A stretch of 64,000 nt of DNA from a bacterium (lineage in GTDB: Bacteria > Patescibacteriota > Minisyncoccia > UBA6257 > WO2-44-18), in contig JAUYMR010000042.1 of assembly GCA_030698695.1 (NCBI GenBank), positions 3,174-67,173 on the forward strand, written 5' to 3'. This document shows, one piece after another, positions 52,001 to 61,146 of this stretch. Made by a program: the position numbers and the translations under genes. Positions within the stretch are counted from its first letter, which is position 1; every line of letters begins with the position of its first letter. The notes under the pieces are model-generated. The model had not been told where the DNA came from. It saw only the letters and a program-made list of their open reading frames with translations, and searched no databases.

Positions 52001-52963
52001 TTAATGCGCCATTCTTTTCTTAAACTCTTCCACCATCGGAACCGCTTCTGGTTCAACGTGATAGTTTTCGGCAAGATAGTAAGACGTCCAATCGGCTAGA
52101 GAAAGTGATGAAAATATTTTTTGCCAGATATTGACACCCCTGACATCAACTGATGTCACCGACAATCCCCTGTCTTGATACAATTTTTGCGTAATATGTT
52201 GTCTCTTTTTGATGTCGGCCGAATCCGTGTTGTCTTTAAGAAAAATGAAGGCAAATTGCTTGGCTAGGTTTTTAGTAACTCCTCGCGCGTCAAAACCAGT
52301 CATTTCATTGTGATTCAATTCCGGCCAAACGTTATAAAATGCCGGCGCCTTGCTGGTTTCATTGAATCTAACTTTCCAGTTAAGAGCTAGCGCCCTATTT
52401 TTATCTGAAGCATACACGACCGGTACGCGATTTTTTAATTTTCCAGCCAGATCTTTCCCTTCTCGTTCATAAACTTCCGGTCGTAAAGTTTTTGCTAATC
52501 TGGCCGTTTCTTTTATGGCTTTTTCCTCTTTCATTATTTTTAATAATGCCAACAAACTATAACCAACTGCTGATCTGGGCTGAATACCCGTTTCGGACAT
52601 CGCTACATAGGGTACAGAGTGTTTTTTGGCTAAAGATAACAATCTGCCACCGGAGGTTATAACCGCCATCGGCAATTTCTCTTTACGCGCCACTTGAAAA
52701 GAGCTAATAACCTCTTCGGTATTGCCAGAATAAGAACTTAAAATCACTAAACGACCGCCTCGTTTTAGTTGGGGCAAACCATAGTTCCGATGAATAATTA
52801 TGTTAATATCCGGCTTCCAAATCTTTAACAAATCCGCAACCAAGTTAGAACCCCCCATACCTACCACAATAAATCTCTCAAACTTTTTTAGCTTGGATCC
52901 ATTTTTAAGTTCTGGCTTGTAAGCAAATTGCTTATTAAAATTATTTATGACATCTCTTAACAT
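52001..52963 (-). CDS. Bifunctional phosphoglucose/phosphomannose isomerase (SIS)
   Basis: GMGGS, SYSGNTEE, IQPR, NETSK, PELNHNE. Confidence 0.92.
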   Translation of the reverse strand: MLRDVINNFNKQFAYKPELKNGSKLKKFERFIVVGMGGSNLVADLLKIWKPDINIIIHRNYGLPQLKRGGRLVILSSYSGNTEEVISSFQVARKEKLPMAVITSGGRLLSLAKKHSVPYVAMSETGIQPRSAVGYSLLALLKIMKEEKAIKETARLAKTLRPEVYEREGKDLAGKLKNRVPVVYASDKNRALALNWKVRFNETSKAPAFYNVWPELNHNEMTGFDARGVTKNLAKQFAFIFLKDNTDSADIKKRQHITQKLYQDRGLSVTSVDVRGVNIWQKIFSSLSLADWTSYYLAENYHVEPEAVPMVEEFKKRMAH

Positions 52964-53210
52964 ATTTTATGGTCGCGTATTCTGAATTTAGCGCGAACCC
53001 ATTTTGAGCGAAATTGCTGACGCAATTTCGCCAACCTTTCCGAAATCCGCTCGGGTGTGGCGGAAGGAGGGGGTTGGGGGGAGGAGTTCTGCCGCGCCCT
53101 CGCTTCGGAAAAATTCGCGCCGACAATTGCGAAAACAAATACAATTAAAGGATAGCTGAAAAAATTTGTTTTCGCAAAGTTTGTTCTTTGAAATTTTGAG
53201 AAAAGAAAAG

Positions 53211-53238
53211 GGCCTTGGATGTTTCCATCCAAGGCCCG
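53211..53238 (-). terminator. Terminator after the SDR gene
   Basis: GGGCCTTGGATG-tttc-CATCCAAGGCCC followed by a T-run on the minus strand. Confidence 0.75.
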
Positions 53239-53252
53239 GCGAAAACGGTGAA

Positions 53253-53948
53253 TCACCCAATCTGCTTGTCCACAACCTCCTCTCTTTGCAGTGCACGGAC
53301 GACTTCCTCGGCAACTGTGTTGATGGGGATCAGCTTCGGCGGCTTGGGTCCCCCGTGATGAAACGACGTATCCACTGCCGCAGGTGCTACGCGATGCACC
53401 CTGATCTTCCGTTCGGCGATCATGGGGTCGTGCCGCATGCCGTCCACCAACCAATCCTCGGCACTGATCACACCCGCGTGATAGTGCGCCTGTAGGAACG
53501 GTGGGAACTGACCCTTGAGACGAGTAATCGCTGACGAGATGAAGACGAAACAGCCGCCGTTCTCAAGATTCGCCGCCATGCACTGGAAGACGTTGAGTAC
53601 ACCGATCTGGTGCATGTCGATCTCGTTTCTGTACTTGTCGAGCGAAAGTTGCGAGAGCGGATGCTTGATCGCATCCGAGAGCCCGTTCGGCGGACAGTGT
53701 CCCACCGCGTAGACTACGCCATCAAGCTTGTAGAGTTCAGAGAGATGACTGGCATACGCCTCTATCGTCTTCCGATCAGCGACATTCTCGATAACATCCA
53801 CGAGCGCACCGCTTCGCAACAACCCCTCCCTGACTTCTTGATGATGTTCTCGCACTGAAGCGATGACGCGGTGGCCAGCGACGAGCAACTGACGCACCAC
53901 CTCTTGGCCGATTGAGCCAGCCGCACCGAAAACCAGATAGGTCTTCAC
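53253..53948 (-). CDS. SDR family oxidoreductase, atypical
   Basis: AAGGAG RBS then GTG at 53948; FGAAGSIG, DGVVYAVG, FVFISSA, VAPAAVDT; lacks YxxxK. Confidence 0.8.
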   Translation of the reverse strand: MKTYLVFGAAGSIGQEVVRQLLVAGHRVIASVREHHQEVREGLLRSGALVDVIENVADRKTIEAYASHLSELYKLDGVVYAVGHCPPNGLSDAIKHPLSQLSLDKYRNEIDMHQIGVLNVFQCMAANLENGGCFVFISSAITRLKGQFPPFLQAHYHAGVISAEDWLVDGMRHDPMIAERKIRVHRVAPAAVDTSFHHGGPKPPKLIPINTVAEEVVRALQREEVVDKQIG

Positions 53949-54376
53949 AGCTTTCTCCTTTCGTTCCGTTTGTGATGATGCGTATTCCTTGCCCCGCACC
54001 AATCGGGCAATGTCCACTCGAAATGAGCAGCGCAATAGACATCTTATTCAAAAAGACAACCATTGCGCTACTCACTACACCGCATTTTTTATCAAAGAGC
54101 TTGCAAAAGATACAATAGAGTGTACCTCAACTGTTGTTAATAGCATAGCAGATTACTATCAAGATGTCAAGGTCGAAATGGCGGTTAAACAAAAAACAGA
54201 ACCCTTGAGAAATTCTACTCAAAAATCCTATGAAATTATCTTATCAATTACTGAAAGTTATCGGCGCGAATTTTTCCGAACCGTGGGGATTTGCCGCGTC
54301 CCGCCTTGCGGGACGCGGAGATGCCGAGCGGCGAAGCCGCGAGGCAACCTCTCCCGAAAATTTGACTTGTCTTGAA

Positions 54377-54450
54377 TGGTCGGAGAGCCGGGAATCGAAC
54401 CCGAACCTCGTGCTCCCAAAGCACGTATACTACCACTATACTACTCTCCG
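54377..54450 (-). tRNA. tRNA-Pro (TGG)
   Basis: CGGAGAG acceptor stem, CGTGC-TTTGGGA-GCACG arm, encoded CCA. Confidence 0.95.
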
Positions 54451-54561
54451 ATACTACTTATTATATCATTCTGGCGCAGCGTTCTTAAATCAGTCGTCGA
54501 GCCCTTCCTCCGTCAGGATAAACTCCGCGAGGCGAACCAAAACCGCTTGATTTTTCCTTTC

Positions 54562-54636
54562 TGGTGCCCCCGCGAGGAATCGAACCTCGATCCTCTCCTT
54601 AGAAGGGAGATGTTCTATCCGTTGAACTACGGGGAC
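54562..54636 (-). tRNA. tRNA-Arg (TCT)
   Basis: GTCCCCG acceptor stem, TCTCC-CTTCTAA-GGAGA arm, encoded CCA. Confidence 0.95.
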
Positions 54637-54729
54637 ATATAAAGAAATGATTGGTAATGTGCCTATGATACCACTATAACTTAAAATAAAACACCCCTCC
54701 AATCAAGTGAGGGGCGCTTTATTTAAGAT

Positions 54730-54900
54730 TTATTTAGCAGAAGGCAAAATCTTATACATTGTAGTGCCGCAAACCTCGCATTTGCCGGTATAAGCTCTGC
54801 CGGTCTTGCCGCCTTTCTTTTGCATTACCACCTCTTTGCCATCAACAATCTTACGATCCTTTTCTTTGCATTTAACGCAATATCCTTTTACGTCTTCCAT
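54730..54900 (-). CDS. Small zinc-ribbon protein (DUF5679-like)
   Basis: MEDVKGYCVKCK...GKCEVCGTTMYKIL. Confidence 0.8.
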   Translation of the reverse strand: MEDVKGYCVKCKEKDRKIVDGKEVVMQKKGGKTGRAYTGKCEVCGTTMYKILPSAK

Positions 54901-55081
54901 AATTTTAAAAGTTAATATAATTTGGTTGACCTTTATATAAGGAATCCTAGCATATTTAAACCTATTTATCCACAAGGCGGTATATCAAGGTAACATTTGC
55001 CCACTTTGGCGCATTATATTCGTGACGCGCGCCTCGGGCTTTGATTATAGTGTTAATAGTGGTATTTTACTGATAAATCTT

Positions 55082-55645
55082 ATGTCTCTAAGTCAAAAAG
55101 AAGAAAAATCGCTTATACTCAAAATTAAAAATGGAGATCAAGGAGCCTTGTCGCTACTTTGGGACAATTTAACGCCTAAACTTTTTGGTTATCTCATAAA
55201 CACCACTCGCAACAAAACTTTAGCTGAGGATTTATTGCAAAATACTTGGCTCAAAGCTATTAACGCCCTGCCAGGTTTTGAACCGAGAAATATCAGTATC
55301 GCCGCCTGGCTGTTTGCTATCGCCAAAAATGAATGTCGCATGCATTGGAGAAAATCAGGAAGAGAAACCTTGTTTGATCCCGCGAAAGACGAAGAAACGC
55401 CAATAAAACACGATGAAGTTAATAATGTCGGTAATCTGGAAAATAAAATATTAATAGAACAAATTCTTGGGCTCCTCTCTGAAGACGATCGCGAAATACT
55501 CCGCCTACGCTATATTGCCGATCTGCCATTAAACAAAATAGCCAATGTACTAAAAATTAACTTTGTGGCGGTACGCGTTCGTATGCACAGAGCCCTAGGT
55601 CGAGCTCGCGGAATAATAGATAAAAATCATTATGAACAAATATAA
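55082..55645 (+). CDS. ECF RNA polymerase sigma factor
   Basis: AEDLLQNTWLKA, AWLFAIAKN, region 4 IA..L.....VRVRMHRA. Confidence 0.92.
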   Translation: MSLSQKEEKSLILKIKNGDQGALSLLWDNLTPKLFGYLINTTRNKTLAEDLLQNTWLKAINALPGFEPRNISIAAWLFAIAKNECRMHWRKSGRETLFDPAKDEETPIKHDEVNNVGNLENKILIEQILGLLSEDDREILRLRYIADLPLNKIANVLKINFVAVRVRMHRALGRARGIIDKNHYEQI

Positions 55646-56864
55646 TTTACACAAAATCCTAACTTCTTGGGGTAAATCTCAACGGCAACTCCCAGACAAT
55701 AACGAATCGCTGAAAAAAAGCTTACTGGCCAACTTGCCAAATTCGCCTACCATTAAAGACACTGGACTTATCCATCGCGCTCCCTGGTTATCTATGTCCC
55801 TAATAGGTTTGGCGGTGCTTGTCCTAATCATTACGCCATCAAGTATTAATAGAATGAACCCGCCCATATCTGGCGCGCCTTACATGGATAATTACGGAGA
55901 TGACAGCCGCGACTCAGCATCGCCAATAACTTCAACTGCCATAAACAGCCCCGAAACCAAAACATCTTCCGCCGGAAAATTTATGGAGAATTCTATGTCC
56001 CCCAACGTCCAAAACGCTAAGCCATCTTATGTCCTTCCCGACATTTATCCCGAACCCCCTTACTACAATGACCCAGCTCCGATTAATGATACTCGTGAAT
56101 TTTTAAAAACTAGTTATAACGCTACCATTCGTACTAGAAAAGTTAACGAGATATCTCAACATATCCAGATTGCCGTACGTGGAGTTGGTGGGCGCATAGA
56201 TGGCTTCACTAGCTCAAATAAAAATGGCTATATAAATTTTGCCATACCGGCTGATAAATTAGATTTCTTTGTAGCAGATATAAAAAACCTGGTTCCCAAA
56301 AAGTTTTTTGTAGAGACGACTATGGTAGAAAACCTTTTGCCACAGAAACAATCTATTGAACGCCAACAGGAACAAATCTATAAAATGCTGGCGACTCTGA
56401 ACTCTAATCGCGATCAATTAATAATCACTCACAAAAATTACGCGGCCTCAATACAAAGACAACTTGATGATATCGCGATAGAAACCGATGCTCTAAAATC
56501 CGTAATCACCGATGATTTAATCCGCCAGACAGAGATTGCGGCTCGTCTGCAAGAATTATCAATCTTGAAAAGCTCACTTAAATCACAGCTAACTAATGAA
56601 AATTATAGTTACAACAAAAAGCTGGCTTCTTTAGATTCACAAATCAAAAATTATCAAGACAGCTTAGAATACAACTATAAACAGGATCAAAAACTAATAG
56701 ACAACGTGGCTACTGTTCGCGGCACGATCTATATCAATTGGATTGGCTACTGGGAAATAATAGGACTTTATACTCCTTCTTATTGGCCGTCCATAGTTTT
56801 AGTTGCCGCCGCCATCATTGCCTACATCAACTATCGCCGCAAATCCAGAAATATAATTCCTTAA
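55632..56864 (+). CDS. Putative anti-sigma/DUF4349-like membrane protein
   Basis: Overlaps the sigma stop; TM helix near residue 55, GGRI...IPA motif, long coiled coil, C-terminal TM helix. Confidence 0.6.
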   Translation: MNKYNLHKILTSWGKSQRQLPDNNESLKKSLLANLPNSPTIKDTGLIHRAPWLSMSLIGLAVLVLIITPSSINRMNPPISGAPYMDNYGDDSRDSASPITSTAINSPETKTSSAGKFMENSMSPNVQNAKPSYVLPDIYPEPPYYNDPAPINDTREFLKTSYNATIRTRKVNEISQHIQIAVRGVGGRIDGFTSSNKNGYINFAIPADKLDFFVADIKNLVPKKFFVETTMVENLLPQKQSIERQQEQIYKMLATLNSNRDQLIITHKNYAASIQRQLDDIAIETDALKSVITDDLIRQTEIAARLQELSILKSSLKSQLTNENYSYNKKLASLDSQIKNYQDSLEYNYKQDQKLIDNVATVRGTIYINWIGYWEIIGLYTPSYWPSIVLVAAAIIAYINYRRKSRNIIP

Positions 56865-56880
56865 ATAATTGATAGGGCCT

Positions 56881-56920
56881 CATAAAAACATCCCCATCGG
56901 CTAACGGGGATGTTTTTATG
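56881..56920. terminator. Bidirectional terminator
   Basis: CATAAAAACATCCCC...GGGGATGTTTTTATG between convergent genes. Confidence 0.8.
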
Positions 56921-56954
56921 ATACGCGCGTGACGCGCTTAAAAACTACCAATTA

Positions 56955-57266
56955 TTAAACCGCTATCGCCAACGCAACAACCACTAGAAAGATGATTAAC
57001 CAAGCTAACGTCAGTCCTAATAAAATCAATGCTTCTTTTTTTAGGCCATTGGAATAAAGACTAATCGGCTTTCCTAAAACCAAAAATCCGGTAACGACAG
57101 CTGATACGATAAACAACAACAACACAAACACCGGCGCCAGAAAACTATCTTTCGGTTCACCAAAAATATTCTGACTATTAAAACCCAACCAAGCCACGCC
57201 AGATACGTAAATAAAAACTCCGGCGCCGCTAACCAGACTTCGTAAAATATAGGTTGTTTTGGTCAT
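56955..57266 (-). CDS. Hypothetical three-TM membrane protein
   Basis: 103 aa hydrophobic ORF; LLLFIVSA..TG.LVLGKP..LY. Confidence 0.7.
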   Translation of the reverse strand: MTKTTYILRSLVSGAGVFIYVSGVAWLGFNSQNIFGEPKDSFLAPVFVLLLFIVSAVVTGFLVLGKPISLYSNGLKKEALILLGLTLAWLIIFLVVVALAIAV

Positions 57267-57455
57267 AATTATTCGTACTCCTTATCTATTTGTAGAACTA
57301 CAAATTTTATCCCTTTTGTTTCCAAAAATTGAAACGGCATCTTATGGGTTGAATCGGACTTTTTCAAAATGCCTTGGCGGGACTTGGCGGAAATACCAGT
57401 CCAAGCCCGCGCCTTTGGCGCGGGCGAGGTCAATCTTTCTTCAAATTCGGAATTG

Positions 57456-57526
57456 TGGACCTAACCGGAATCGGACCGGTGTCTCGCCCATGCGAAGGGC
57501 GCGTCTTACCACTGGACCATAGGCCC
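57456..57526 (-). tRNA. tRNA-Ala (CGC)
   Basis: GGGCCTA/TAGGTCC acceptor stem with G3:U70, CGCCC-TTCGCAT-GGGCG arm; T-loop TCCGA variant. Confidence 0.85.
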
Positions 57527-58566
57527 TATAAATGTTCCGTTGCTTTAAGATAAAACATGAACTCCAATATTATAAGCACAAACCATCCAAGCTGTAAAAC
57601 AAAAAACACAGCTATCTGAATAAATTCCAGTCGCTCATTGCGAGATAAGCTGAATTTTTCGGACACAATATTATAGATATCTTCCAAAGATTCAAATTTG
57701 TTCCTAATAACCGATCGCCATTCTTCCAATTTGAATTTTTTAGCTATTAAATCGTAAAGCCTCGCTAAATACCAATCGCCTATCAATTTTATATCCCGCT
57801 CAAAAGACTCAAACTCAGTAATAGATTGCGTGCGAATTTTAATAATTTCTTGAAAGCTGTTGGCTAGCTCCTTTTGTCCAAAAAAGAATAATTTTTTCTC
57901 TGTTTTACTACTAGAAAGCCGAGCCACCTTCTTGAGGCGATTATCTAATTCAGAATCCAAAATTCGGTAACGCAATAGTTGCAAATTGGCTGTTTGAAAA
58001 AGATCAATAGCACTTTCCACGTCACCAACGGGATCAAAAATAAAAGACCCGTCCCAATCAACTATTATTAAATCGTCTTTGGCGTATTTTAATTGCTTGG
58101 AAAGAGTATATTCAATCTCGTTCTCGGCCAAAGTCATTTTCTCGGATTTCAAAAAGCTAGCTATGGCGGCTTTTTTGTCAGCGCTTAAAAATCGCTCCGG
58201 ATCGCCCTGATAATCATAGACGATGGCTAACGCGTATTCTTCGCTCATCTCCGGCCTACTGCCACGATCTTTTAATATTTTATGACAAGCGTCAATCAGC
58301 TCCTCACGCAACTTGAAAGTTTCTTGAGAAAAAACGTCATCAGTTTCCACGACTGTTTCGGCCAATAAAATATCCGGCGCGTACGATCTCACCAAAAATT
58401 TAACATCATTACCGCCTATTTTAAGACTAGTCTCAGAAACTGCAAATTGTTTAGGCAATTCGTAATATTGAGGAGCGCTTTGAGCGGCTTTAGCTTCAAC
58501 AATTTTATCCCCCTTTTTGGGCCGATTAACTCCGGCTATGACAAAAGCCGCTATTTTGTATTTCAT
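57526..58566 (-). CDS. Conserved hypothetical protein with C-terminal TM helix (RMD1/CorA-like architecture)
   Basis: 346 aa; IIVDWDG, ANLQLL..R.LD, IGDWYLARLY, one C-terminal TM helix. Confidence 0.6.
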   Translation of the reverse strand: MKYKIAAFVIAGVNRPKKGDKIVEAKAAQSAPQYYELPKQFAVSETSLKIGGNDVKFLVRSYAPDILLAETVVETDDVFSQETFKLREELIDACHKILKDRGSRPEMSEEYALAIVYDYQGDPERFLSADKKAAIASFLKSEKMTLAENEIEYTLSKQLKYAKDDLIIVDWDGSFIFDPVGDVESAIDLFQTANLQLLRYRILDSELDNRLKKVARLSSSKTEKKLFFFGQKELANSFQEIIKIRTQSITEFESFERDIKLIGDWYLARLYDLIAKKFKLEEWRSVIRNKFESLEDIYNIVSEKFSLSRNERLEFIQIAVFFVLQLGWFVLIILEFMFYLKATEHL

Positions 58567-58619
58567 ATCTAAATCCTACCATTTCGCTAAATGTTTGGCA
58601 TCCGGCTCTCACGCAACCG

Positions 58620-59402
58620 TTAACGTCTCAAAACAAGCTTTATAAGTATGCTGATTATAAAAAATATCGTGGCGACGCTGATTATTACTGGTCCCAAAGT
58701 AAGCTGTGTCGCTGAAGCGACTAAAAAACCCACCACTACCGACAACACAGCCATAAATGAAGATAACCATAAATCCGCGTTCAAACCAGTGGCCAAATTT
58801 TTGGCCACCGCGGCCGGAACAATAACCAATGCGCCCATCAACAACACACCGAGAAATTTTAATCCCAAAAGAACGTTTATAGAAAAAAGTAATAAGAAAA
58901 TAAAATTAATTCTGCTAGTTTTTAGCCCTATGGTCCTCGCCAAATCCTGTGACACCATTGATAAAACTATTTTTTCTCTAATCATAAGCAGGGTAAAACC
59001 AATGACTAAAGTCACAATCAAGCCGACTAACCCCTCCATAACTGACGGGGTAGCAATATCGCCAAACAACACCTCTTCCAACTCATGACTGGGCGTTATC
59101 AAACTACCGATAGCTAGCGATGCCGAAAAAACCACCCCGATAACGGTCTCGGTAGAAATTTTTGTTTGACTCTCAATCGCCCAAATGATAATTGCCCCCA
59201 GAACCAAAGCAACTAAACCGCCCCACAATGGATTAATGTTCAAAAGTATGGCCAAACCCAATCCCGGCAAGGCAATATGAGATATGGCGTCTGAAGCCAA
59301 AGCCATGCGCTTCATCAACGCGAAAGACCCCACCAAACCGGAGACGGCGGCGACAGATATCATCAAAACTATATTCAATATGTCGGCTAAATTAGTTGGC
59401 AT
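58620..59402 (-). CDS. znuB: Metal (Zn/Mn) ABC transporter permease
   Basis: DAISHIALPG, LFGDI, GVLLMGALVIVPA. Confidence 0.88.
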   Translation of the reverse strand: MPTNLADILNIVLMISVAAVSGLVGSFALMKRMALASDAISHIALPGLGLAILLNINPLWGGLVALVLGAIIIWAIESQTKISTETVIGVVFSASLAIGSLITPSHELEEVLFGDIATPSVMEGLVGLIVTLVIGFTLLMIREKIVLSMVSQDLARTIGLKTSRINFIFLLLFSINVLLGLKFLGVLLMGALVIVPAAVAKNLATGLNADLWLSSFMAVLSVVVGFLVASATQLTLGPVIISVATIFFIISILIKLVLRR

Positions 59403-59406
59403 GTTT

Positions 59407-60126
59407 TTAATGGTTATCTCTATCGGGACGCGGGTGATGATGATGATATAAAACACGCTCTCCATATAATTTAGTTAGCACATCTGTATTCAATGTTTTC
59501 TGCGGCTCACCGAAGCAAAGCATAGATTTATTGATACACAGAACTTGGGTGGCATAACGATAGACCAGATTGAGATCGTGCGATATAAACATCAAAGTCA
59601 ACTCTTTGTGATCTTGCAATTCGTGCAAAGTTTCATAAATTAATTCTTCTCGGGGCGAATCTACGCCGGAGGTCGGCTCATCAAAAAGCAGAACATTAGT
59701 ATCGCCTATCAAAGCCAGGGCTATAAGACCTCTTTGAATTATGCCTGCCGCTAAATTAACCAATCTCTTATCAAGATCTTTTTTATCTACGTGCGCCAGA
59801 GATATAACTTCATCAATCACATCCGGTGACAATTTCAAAATACCTATCTTGAGCATTAATAAATCTCTCAAAGTTAAAGTTAGTTGTGGATCTAAATCTA
59901 ATCGTTGTGGCACATAGCCGAATCTAACGCCATCAGACCACTCAATATCACCACTAAAAGGAGTGGCTCCTATCAAAGCTTTAAATAATACCGTTTTACC
60001 GGCTCCATTGGGACCGATAACAGCCAAAGCCTGATTCCGGCTCAGTTCAAAATTTACATTTTCCAAGACCAAATGATCGCCAAAACGAACATTTAGGTTT
60101 TTGACTTTTAAGATTGGTTCTGCCAT
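59407..60126 (-). CDS. znuC: Metal (Zn/Mn) ABC transporter ATPase
   Basis: GPNGAGKT, GYVPQ, FDEPT, ISHDL, His-rich tail. Confidence 0.88.
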   Translation of the reverse strand: MAEPILKVKNLNVRFGDHLVLENVNFELSRNQALAVIGPNGAGKTVLFKALIGATPFSGDIEWSDGVRFGYVPQRLDLDPQLTLTLRDLLMLKIGILKLSPDVIDEVISLAHVDKKDLDKRLVNLAAGIIQRGLIALALIGDTNVLLFDEPTSGVDSPREELIYETLHELQDHKELTLMFISHDLNLVYRYATQVLCINKSMLCFGEPQKTLNTDVLTKLYGERVLYHHHHPRPDRDNH

Positions 60127-60212
60127 AAATAAAGTCTACAAGGTTACCGATTTTTGTTATATTAATAATAACACTAGCTTTCGGGAACATAAAGCCCACT
60201 TATTCGTTATAT

Positions 60213-60761
60213 ATGATAGCAGACGAGGAAAATCTAATAAAACAAGCTCAAGGTGGCGATTCCGGCTCATTTGGAGAGCTTTACCACCATTATTCGCCAG
60301 CTATCTACCGCTTTGTACTGCTTAAGGTTAATCAACGCCAGATGGCGGAAGATTTAACCCATGATGTGTTTACAAACGCCTGGCAAAGTATTGGCCGCTA
60401 TACCCATCAGGGCTTTCCTTTTTCCAGTTGGCTATATCAGATAGCTCGCAATCGGGTTATAGATCATTACCGCACTCACAAGAAACAAACTAGCATAGAT
60501 TTATTGGATGAAGATGTTCTAAAAGAGCATGGCTTGGAAGAAATCAAATTAGATAATTCTTTGGATGTAAAGCGTGTTCGTAAGGCCATTACCGAGTTAA
60601 GCTCGGAACAGCAAGATGTGGTGTTGATGAGATTTATGGAAGATATGTCCCATCAAGAAATAGCCGCCGCGCTAGATAAAAGCGAAGGCGCCGTAAGACT
60701 GCTTCAACATCGCGCCATCAATAAACTCAAAAATTTATTCTCTAATGACAATGGAAGATAG
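60213..60761 (+). CDS. ECF RNA polymerase sigma factor
   Basis: AEDLTHDVF, WLYQIARNRVIDHYR, EIAAALDKSEGAVRLLQHRA. Confidence 0.95.
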   Translation: MIADEENLIKQAQGGDSGSFGELYHHYSPAIYRFVLLKVNQRQMAEDLTHDVFTNAWQSIGRYTHQGFPFSSWLYQIARNRVIDHYRTHKKQTSIDLLDEDVLKEHGLEEIKLDNSLDVKRVRKAITELSSEQQDVVLMRFMEDMSHQEIAAALDKSEGAVRLLQHRAINKLKNLFSNDNGR

Positions 60762-61146
60762 ACTAAACAAAGCATTGAAGCCGTTCAAAGCGATCAAACC
60801 AAGCGCTGATTTTATGCGCTATTCTAGGGCGGAAATTTTGGCTACCAAACAAAAATTTTTCTCCGCTCGCCGAAGTTGGCATTGGAACTTTTGGAGCAGT
60901 GTTAAATTCGCCAGCTCGTTAACCTTGGCAACTTTATTGGTTTTAATTGTAATTGGCGGCCTATCTTATTTCAATTTGAATTTAGCTCCGACTCTATTGA
61001 CCGAGTTGGATAAAGAAAGTCTTTTGAGAGAAGCCAATTCTTTAGATTTTCAGATTCATCTAAAAGAACTTAAATACTACGACGATTCCGCTAAAGAAGT
61101 GGCGGCATTATTAGACCAAGTAACTGAAAATGAAACAAATTTATAG
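60745..61146 (+). CDS. Putative single-TM anti-sigma factor
   Basis: Overlaps the sigma gene end; IKPSADF, one TM helix. Confidence 0.6.
   Translation: MTMEDRLNKALKPFKAIKPSADFMRYSRAEILATKQKFFSARRSWHWNFWSSVKFASSLTLATLLVLIVIGGLSYFNLNLAPTLLTELDKESLLREANSLDFQIHLKELKYYDDSAKEVAALLDQVTENETNL

Larger units (their letters stand above)
52969..54382. mobile_element. Degenerate element integrated at the tRNA-Pro 3' end
   Basis: ATGGTCG direct repeat at 52969 and 54376 (equals the tRNA 3' end); internal 20-bp inverted repeat; GC-rich cargo gene. Confidence 0.6.

Noticed and set aside
52941-54375. Many overlapping short ORFs around the SDR gene
   Set aside because: They are a by-product of locally high GC; only the SDR has an RBS, motifs and a terminator.
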